DNA of 64,000 nucleotides. Source: Octopus vulgaris. Taxonomy: Eukaryota. Position 1 is the stretch's first letter; every line of letters begins with the position of its first letter. The position numbers and the translations under genes were made by a program. The DNA lies in assembly GCA_951406725.2 (NCBI GenBank), contig OX597823.1:83762001-83826000 (forward strand), read 5' to 3'. The notes under the pieces are model-generated. The model was not told where the DNA came from and ran no database searches. It saw nothing but the letters and a program-made list of their open reading frames with translations. Of this stretch, positions 55,981 to 64,000 are shown one piece after another.

Positions 55981-56280
55981 CTAGTAATGATAAGGCTGTT
56001 AACTGGGAGAACACAAACATGGTTTAAACAGTAAGCTTGGCAGGAAAGAAACGTGCCTTTAAGCAGGACAAAAACAACAGAAAATGGAATGTGCAGGTTG
56101 ACGGAAGAAAAGCAGGACAAAAACGGCTTCATCGATCGACTTTTGTAATTTTCTCAAGACTTACACACGCCCTGATACCGTCGGTATCTACATATCAAAT
56201 TTGAGCGCAATCGGATGGAGGATACCCGAGATCCTAGAAGACACACAGACAGACAGACCGAACGGATTCTATATAATAGA
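55981..56280 (-). mobile_element. Complete 300-bp non-autonomous Helitron
   Basis: Minus strand A|TC...CTAG|T termini; (acag)n and caaatttgagcgcaatcgg blocks resemble the 16499 element. Confidence 0.7.
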
Positions 56281-56403
56281 TATGTAAAGGTATATGTTCC
56301 GCGTTAGTAAAAAGATATGGAAATTTGTATAGTTATCAGTGTCTTAATATGCGGCCCAACTAAAGCTGCTATTCATTCATAAATATTGGAGAGCAGCTTT
56401 GGA

Positions 56404-56615
56404 AGGTGGCGAGCTGGCAGAATGGTTAGCATACCGGACAAACTGCTTAGCGGCATTCCATCCGTGCTTACGTTCTAAGTACAAATTTCTCGGAGGTTTA
56501 ATTTTGCCTTTCATTCTTTCGGGGTCGCTAAAATATGTACCTATTCACCACATGTGCCGATGTAATGGACAAACCCCTCGCACGAAATTGCTGGCCTTTT
56601 GCCAAAATTTGAAAC
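56404..56615 (+). mobile_element. Old SINE family A copy
   Basis: aggtggcgagctggcagaatggttagc... Confidence 0.75.
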
Positions 56616-56781
56616 CGTTACTTTCAGTGACTTTCAGTTTGAGGACATTTAATGTCATTTACGCTATGCCATATCCTCTTTAGATAAGCACGTCACAGCT
56701 TATGATTTTCTCTTATCTTGACGCTTTTTCTTTTTGTTGCTTGAACTAAGTGACAATAATACTTAGTCTTTCCTTTACGCC

Positions 56782-57990
56782 AATTACTCGACATTTCGAG
56801 AACAGATATCTATTAATACGTCATCAGCCTTATTGGTACCGCTTGCCAAATCATTTTCACAAGGCACTGGTCAACCTGGGATTGTTGTTGGCCTATAATT
56901 ACTAAGCAATAAGATCAAATGCAGAATAATGTGGCAGTAAAACGATCTGCTTACCAGCACAGCCAAACTTGAGTCAATTGTACACTTTTACCCATTTTTG
57001 CAAACTAGAATTTTTCGTTATTTTTTAAGTAAAACAATAATTTATGTTAAGGCAAGTTGTATAATATATAATTTTCCTTTGCATACCGCCTCTTCCCCAT
57101 AATAAGCAACAGCGATGGGTATACAGAGTTATTATTATCGATCTATTTAGAATCATCTATCAGCGGGAATACAGTTGACGAACGTCGAATAGCAATTGTC
57201 TATAACGACCACTGACTTTTTACGATAAATCAATCCAACCTTTTTAATCGCTAGAAAACGTCTATTGACAGCTTTGCAAATATTCTGGATAATAAAAGAA
57301 AAAGAAATCATCGAGTTGCCTGTGAATGAGAAAAATAAAAGTAAAAGCCATCTGATGTTCGTGGTAATAGGAGAAATCTAGTCATTTATTGGTTGGTAGT
57401 TTCGTAAAATAAAATTGCATTTTTCTTTCAGTGGATGGCAGTTATATTCGTATAGTGTATCCAAGGGGATGTTTTAAAAGAAAATCTGGATTTTATTGCT
57501 TTCAGATGTATATCTAGGCAGGATATTTTTATTGTCTGGATAAGAATGGAATGCAATACGTGGAATATATTGGTGATGGTAAATTTTTTAAATATCCATT
57601 TACTCGATGTAGCAGCATTCAATATTTTGTCTTCATTCTTTGAATCTTTCTCAAGTCGTTCTAATGGAGCTGTCCCCTCTTCTAAATCTATAGCAGCAGT
57701 GGCAGGACATTGAACTCAGCCTTTCAAGTTTATGTTTCCCTTTTAAACTATAACTGACTCCTTTTCTATACAGGATTGAGCGGTTGGAAGTTAAGTATAT
57801 TTACCTTCACCAATGTACGACGACACAAATCCATTTTACAGACCATCACATTTAATTTATTTGACCAGACTGCCACATGAGCAATGCGACCGACATTAAA
57901 CAACTTTAAACAACGTTCATATCTGTTCTTTAAACGTTCCGGCAATTTTCGAACATGTATAGGCTAATCGCAGTTGGGATTTGTCACAGT
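56782..57990 (+). repeat. Local segmental duplication, copy 2
   Basis: Colinear with 49234-50110; retains segments deleted from copy 1. Confidence 0.85.
57432..57643 (+). pseudogene. Candidate Cys/Tyr/Gly-rich pseudo-exon
   Basis: Acceptor ttttctttcag, then DGSYIRIVYPRGCFKRKSGFYCFQMYI*AGYFYCLDKNGMQYVEYIGDGKFFKYPFTRCSSIQYFVFIL*. The paralog at ~49335-49470 keeps the same frame. Confidence 0.3.
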
Positions 57991-58003
57991 TGGGATTTCC
58001 ATT

Positions 58004-59080
58004 TTTTCGTCTGCCGTTAATTCTGAGTTCAAATTCTGCCGAGGTCAACTTTGCTGTTTATCCTTTCTGGGTCGATAAATTAAGGACCAGTTACGCACTG
58101 GGGTCGATGTAATCGACTTAATCCGGTTGTCTGTCCTTGTTTGTCCCCTCTGTGTTTAGCCCCTTGTGGGTAGTAAAGAAATAGGTATTTCGTCTGCCGC
58201 GACGTTCTGAGTTCAAATTCCGCCGAGGTCGACTTTGCCTTTCATCCTTTCGAGGTCGACTTTGCCTTTCATCCTTTCGGGGTCGATTAAATAAGTACCA
58301 GTTACACACTGGAGTCTATATAATCGATTTAATCCGTTTGTCTGTCCTTGTTTGTCGCCTCTGTGTTTAGCTCATTGAGGGTAGTAAAGAAATAGGTATT
58401 TCGGCTGCCGCTAAGTTCTGAGTCCAAATTCCGCCGAGGTCGACTTTGCCTTTATAAAGTGGCGATGGCAGAAACGTTAGCACGCCGGGCGAAATGCGTA
58501 GCCGTATTTCATTTGCCGTTACGTTCTGAGTTCAAATTCCGCCGAGGTCAACTTCGCCTTTCATCCTTTCGGGGTCGATAAATTAAGTACCAGTTACGCA
58601 TTGGGGTCAATATAATTGACTTAATCCATTTGTCTGTCCTTGTTTGTCCTCTCTGTGTGCAACCCCTTGTGGGTAGTAAAGAAATAGAAATAGGTATTTC
58701 GTCTGTCTTCACGTTCTGCGTTCAAATGCCGCTAGGGTCGGCTTTACCTTTTATCCTTTCTGGGTCGATTAATTAAGTACCAGTTACGAATTGGGGTTGA
58801 TGTAATCGACCCATCCCCTCCCCCAAAACTTCAGACCTTGTGCCTTTAGTAAAAGGATTATTTTGATTCTCGCTAAGGCAACCAGTTAGCAAAGTGGAAA
58901 AAATACTTAGCAGCATTTGCCCACTTTTACATTCCGAGTTCAAATTCCACCGAAGTCCACATTATTGTTTCAGAGTCGATGGAATAAGTACCAGTTGATT
59001 ATTGGGGGGGGGGGGGGTCGATGTAATCGATTAGCCCATTGTGCCTAAAATGTAGAGCCTTGTCCTAAAATTTGAAACTA
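58004..59080 (+). mobile_element. SINE family A tandem/nested array
   Basis: At least six central domains, most joined by gaaataggtatttcg junctions. Confidence 0.9.
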
Positions 59081-59165
59081 CAATTTTAATTCTCGCTGTT
59101 TACTAAGCATATAATAATCTATTATCGGTGGGAAATAATTTGTTTTGAAATACCTAAGAGTGATT

Positions 59166-59541
59166 ATTACCTCCCCCTTCGCTAGGGTGGAGGTATTGTT
59201 TTTTCAGTCGTATTTATTTGCTTGTTTGTTCGTGGACAAGATATCTCAAGAACCACTGGATGGATTCGGATGAAACTTTCAGAGATGTTAGGCATAGTGA
59301 CTGGCAGAAAGTGATTAGATTTTTAGATTGATCCGGTACCGGACGAGGATTCTGGATTATTTTTCTTGCTTTTTTCTTATTTAAGTTCTGAGAGTGGTCG
59401 GGTTAATTTTTGGTATTCTCGTTTGTGAGAGCGGTCGAGTTTATTTTAGATATTCTCATTTTAAAAATTATGGCTGAATAATCGTTGAAAGAGCGTTGGT
59501 GTTGCATTGGCAGAGATTTGCACTCTACGACTGCTCTTGCT
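59166..59541 (+). mobile_element. HINE (Helentron-associated, DINE-1-like) element
   Basis: 5' hairpin acctccccct...agggtggaggt, (tgtt)n, ggatggattcggatgaaactt, gatccgg, and 3' ggcagagatttgcactct. Confidence 0.7.
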
Positions 59542-59691
59542 GACGTTTGAGATGTATATTTTTACATGAGCTTTACTTAGACGCAAAAGTGCGGTTTTTT
59601 TTTAATTCCAATAAGGCCAGAATTAGATTATACTCTTATTAAACTCATATTTCGAACGAGAGTAATCAATTGTATATATTAATGGTATTTA

Positions 59692-60200
59692 CTAGTGGGA
59701 CCTGTGTAAATTCCACAGAACAGAAAAAATTAAGAGAAGCTATTTAAGATAGAAAGGATGATTTTTAGTTTTATTTTGCTAAGTTACTTCACTTCCAGCC
59801 ACAATAATGCATAATATGATTTAAAAAATTCCCTCTGCTTAGCACTTTATATTTCTTTCTTTCTCTCTACATCTTCAACAGACTCTTTAACCATTAATTC
59901 TCCTCTCCGAGTCTTTAACTCATTCCTTCTTTCTCTTTATCTTTCCCTCGCCCACCCTTAACATCATTGACACTTCTCTCTCCTAATTTTATTTCATCGT
60001 CTTATTCTCTCGCTCGTCACCTCTCCCTTCAACTAACCACATGATTATTATAATCCTCTCTTCTTTTTTCTCTACTCACATTTCTCCCCCTCTCTCTCCG
60101 TTACTTTTACTCTACCTTTCATTCACTCCTACCCCAACTGTCTAACTAATTAATGTATAACTAGTCCAGTAAACGTACACTAAGACCCACTACTTATTGC
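59692..60200 (-). mobile_element. Helitron 3' end; right boundary uncertain
   Basis: Hairpin ctgtg-gaattta-cacag just upstream of CTAG|T. The paralogous empty site near 50818 shows an A|T target. Confidence 0.6.
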
Positions 60201-60619
60201 AACAGGAACGAAGCCAGTCTCGGAGAAAGGCTTCCCATAACATACTAAAAGTCCCAAAGAATCTTCAGAGTGGAACAGAATGAAAAAAAGTATCGCTATT
60301 TTCCCATTTCTTAACATGGTGCAAATTCAAGATAATCCAAAACAAAGAACACATTTACACATGCATTCATGGTTAATGTTTCAAATAAAAGTGTTAAAAA
60401 TGAGTTACAACCCCTCCACCTATAAATTAAAAACTGACATACCTCCTACCCTCTTCCGCGAACACATATACGCCTACAATAAAGTTGCTTACTACAGGAT
60501 AAAATAAACTCCTAATCCCAAGTGATTTTGTTTATATTGACATCATCAGGGGATAAGAAAGAAAGAAAACAAAATACATAGTTAGACACAAATCTATGCT
60601 GTACAGTAAAAGCTTATAG

Positions 60620-63600
60620 TCTACAATGTCCTTCAGTTCAGTTGCCTTTTCAGTCAGGTTTAGCTGTTATCTCCATCCTCAGCACTGTCACAGTCATTGT
60701 TCTGATAAACACCTCTGCACCCAGAACAAGCAGGTGAGCATGGAAGCCCATACCGGCGGCAGTTACAGTGCAGCGTTCCATAACCTAACTTACAGGTACA
60801 GCGTACTAGTATCAACAACGACTGTGGTGCGTGGGCACGGTCAGAGGTGACTGGTTTAAACGTTCCATCCGAGAGCTTCCTTCCCCAGTCTTCAGTATTC
60901 AGTGTGTTCTCCGCCACTCTTGGACTTCGTGGTTGACACGCAGACTGTGGTATTTCGTAGCTGCCGATGTTGGAAGCAACATATTAGGAAGAACTGCCTT
61001 ATTTCTCGCGGTGACAATGGCTTGGAATCGTCGATATTTAACATCATCGAAGGAGTCGCTGGGGTTTCATTTATAGACAATGGCCATTGCATTCTCATCA
61101 ACCGTGGTGATGTCCTTTGTTGCCTTTTTACTTCTGAACACCTCCGCCTGTTCCCGAAATACCTCGCTGTCTTGAATAAGTTTGAAACCTGCCTCCTTCC
61201 CGATCCCTAAATCCCTGGATGTGGTATCACACCTCAAGAAAGCATGCACAAAGAGAATATGGCGGCAAACCTGGACCCCAGGCTTATGCTTGATCAAATT
61301 AGTACCCATGCACCTGACTTCTGCTCATTGCTTTGGTCCAGGTCGGAAGTGGATGTCATGTTGGTTTTACCCTGCAAGGTGAATGAGGAGAACAAGCATG
61401 TCTATGTTCTCTCCGACTAATACAGTTTCTCTCTCCTCAGAGATTCTCACCGCATTTTGGGTAATAAGAGTATCTGCATCCCCTGTGGCATGGATAAATT
61501 CACAGCCTTCTTTGGTCAGGGCATCTTGCAAAAGTTCAAGAAAGCGTCGTTTGTCTCTTGGTTAGAGAGGAATTCCATCTCTTTTCACTGGAGCTTCGTG
61601 GACAGATGGAATGTCACCTTCCACACTCCACTCAGTGCTGATGTGTGCTGTCTTTTGTTGAAGGACCTGCCTCATAACTACCAAACACAACCACTGCCTG
61701 ACCATAGTGCTTTGTAACATATCTGGTATAGACCTGCAATACCTTGTCGGATGCTGCCATGGAATGCAACGGAGAAGAGCACCTCCACCAAGAACGTATG
61801 TAATATTTTTAAAAGGTGCTGGGTTGTGCGGTACCGCGAACCAGATGGCATCAGCTAGTTGTGGCTTTACAGTCCTCAGGATGGCGGGTGGGAAGTGCAG
61901 AGTTCATAGGTGAAGATCCTGCAATGATGACTCGTTGAAACAGATGAAGGGGATCAATCTGTATTTCCTCATCACTTATCTTGCTTGCCAACTTAGAGTC
62001 AAGAGTCACTGCTTGGGCTTTCTTTTTGAAACTGTACTTGACGACACGTCGCACAACCATTTCATTAAGAATGTCATATCCAATACTTTTTGTATCATCC
62101 CCATTAATCTCGAAACCAGTTGAGGTTCCGCTGACTATGTCGCAGAGGGATGAGTCTGCTTCGAATGGAAACTTCCATTCAATGAAGGACAGCAGTTAGC
62201 TACAGTAACTACTGTCCCTTGGTTGCCGAGCTTGCGATGTGTTTTTATGCTGTTCACTCGTCTCGTACGTGATGGATGTCAGCTGTTGCATTGCCATGTT
62301 TACTTCTGCACAGGCTGACCTTGAAAGACACCAGCCCAGTCTTTGTGTTTCCGTCATTCTTATTCCTCTAGTGAGTCCTCTAATCGTCTTCAGACTTCTC
62401 ATTAGTACCTGTTGGACCACCATGTCTGGAGGCAACCCAAACCAAGATGGCCACTCCTCCTGACTACATATAGTCCCTGGACAAACTTGGCAAACAAAGG
62501 ACAGTAGTTACTGTAGCTAATTGCTGTCCTTCATTGATTGAAGGACTCCATTCGAAGCAGACTCATCTCTCTGCAACATAGCGGAACATCAACTGGTAGA
62601 CATTTGTGTGTGTGTGTGTGTGTGTGGCTTCTAGTTTTGCTATCTTCTGCAGATAGAGGTGCAATGACTTCGCGTACATTTTATGGCCGGAGATAGCTAA
62701 GTACGGAATCATGGTTGCGATTGGGTGAATGATCTCATGATGTCTATCGTCCCCATGTATAGCAGCCACAGACGTGCAGTACAGTAGCTCGATTCCAACA
62801 TGTCCTTGTGTGTCTCAAGTTTCTTTTGAAGATTCTGCAGGTACAAAGATTCTACATCATTGAGCATTTCACCAGAGAAGAGATCATCATAGAGGTTCCC
62901 TATTGTCCCCAAATCCATTGTCATTAGATAAAGCCAACTTGATCCCCAAGAGAAGTGTGTAAGGATGGAACCTACAAGGAGATGACCACCAATGGCACAA
63001 GCAGCTGCGGTTTCAGTTAATATATGGGTAACAGTGTTCCCAGCGAAGATCACCTCCAAGATTTCTTGAAGGCCTGTTCCTCTCATCAAGTACCCAGTGC
63101 TACCTAGAAACCTTATTAGTGTGTGAAATACCCCAAGTCTTAAAACAATTGGATGTAGATCACTGTTCTCTTCAGGACTTTCCACAATTGTAGTTTCCTT
63201 GAACCACAAAGGCTGGTCAAAAATGAGAAATGGTGTTGCTCCATAGCGCTTGGCATGCCCTGCAACGAAGTGTGAAGTTGAGTTGTCACATATCATGTCA
63301 TTTGGGTTCATATCAACCATGGGAAGGAACATGGTGGATGACTGTCCTGGGTGGTCTCCGTTGTTTATTATTTGTATGTATCCATACTATGCTGGTCTTG
63401 ATAACCGGATAGACAGGGACGTTTTCCACAAGAGATCTACATTTAGACTTTCCCTGTCTTTGGGTTCCTCTGGTAGCTTCACACTTGATATTAGCAAGTT
63501 CATCACCAAGTGATATGAATTTCTTAATGCTGACGTATCCTGCTGCAGCGATCTCTTCTGCAGTCACAGACACACGTTTTACCACTGAGGTGCCAACACA

Positions 63601-64000
63601 TTTGGGTGTTACAGATGCTATAATACCTATTTCTTTATTACCCACAAGGGGCTAAACATAGAGGGGACAAACAAGGACAGACATAGGTATTAAGTCGATT
63701 ACACCGACCCCAGTGCGTAACTGGTACTTATTTAATCGACCCCGAAAGGATGAAAGGCAAAGTCGACCTCGGCAGAATTAGAACTCACAACATAAGGGCA
63801 GACGAAATACTGCTAAGCAATTCGCCCGGCGTGCTAACGATTCTGCCAACTCGCCGCCTTATGCTATAATACCAATGTAGTGGAATGTCCCAGAGCCTAG
63901 TCAAGAGTCCTAGTGTCATGAATCACGTTGTCGACCGTCACAACCTTTACCATCCAGTATGACTGTTGCTCCATCTGTCACTTTCTTGTTACAAAATACG
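60620..64000 (-). mobile_element. Decayed Academ-type DNA transposon (transposase + XPG-like nuclease + Cys-rich tail); continues past the window edge
   Basis: VDNVIHDTRTLD/GSGTFHYIGIIASVTP, FDQPLWFK, LRLGVFHTL, YAKSLHLYLQ, MRSLKTIRGLTRG, GDADTLI, HAFLRCDTTS..GIGK, CTCKLG...CNCRRYGLPCSPACSGC. Many frameshifts. Confidence 0.75.
63628..63860 (-). mobile_element. SINE family A inserted in the Academ ORF
   Basis: 13-bp TSD atgctataatacc at 63615-63627 and 63861-63873. Confidence 0.92.

Overview
AT-rich, repeat-dominated eukaryotic DNA. The SINE repertoire and dense (TA)n/(CA)n/(TACA)n microsatellites suggest a cephalopod such as Octopus (inference). No intact protein-coding gene is supported; almost all listed ORFs are microsatellite or SINE read-throughs. 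Recognisable content: several tRNA-derived SINE families (many with clean 10-21 bp TSDs, nested, multimeric or with swapped modules); decayed R4/Dong-clade RLE retrotransposons sitting in (TACA)n tracts; RTE and HERO-like LINE tails; non-autonomous Helitrons and a HINE; hAT and pogo MITEs; a mariner remnant; and a decayed Academ-type transposase at the right end. The most notable signal is a set of unrelated non-coding inverted or tandem repeats each carrying a type I hammerhead ribozyme core (Penelope pLTR / retrozyme-like), including a ~470-490 nt tandem monomer and a tRNA-headed version. Weaker signals: a possible Death+TIR (MyD88-like) pseudogene next to a promoter-like cluster, and a duplicated Cys-rich pseudo-exon. 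Family names come from recalled motifs, not database searches.
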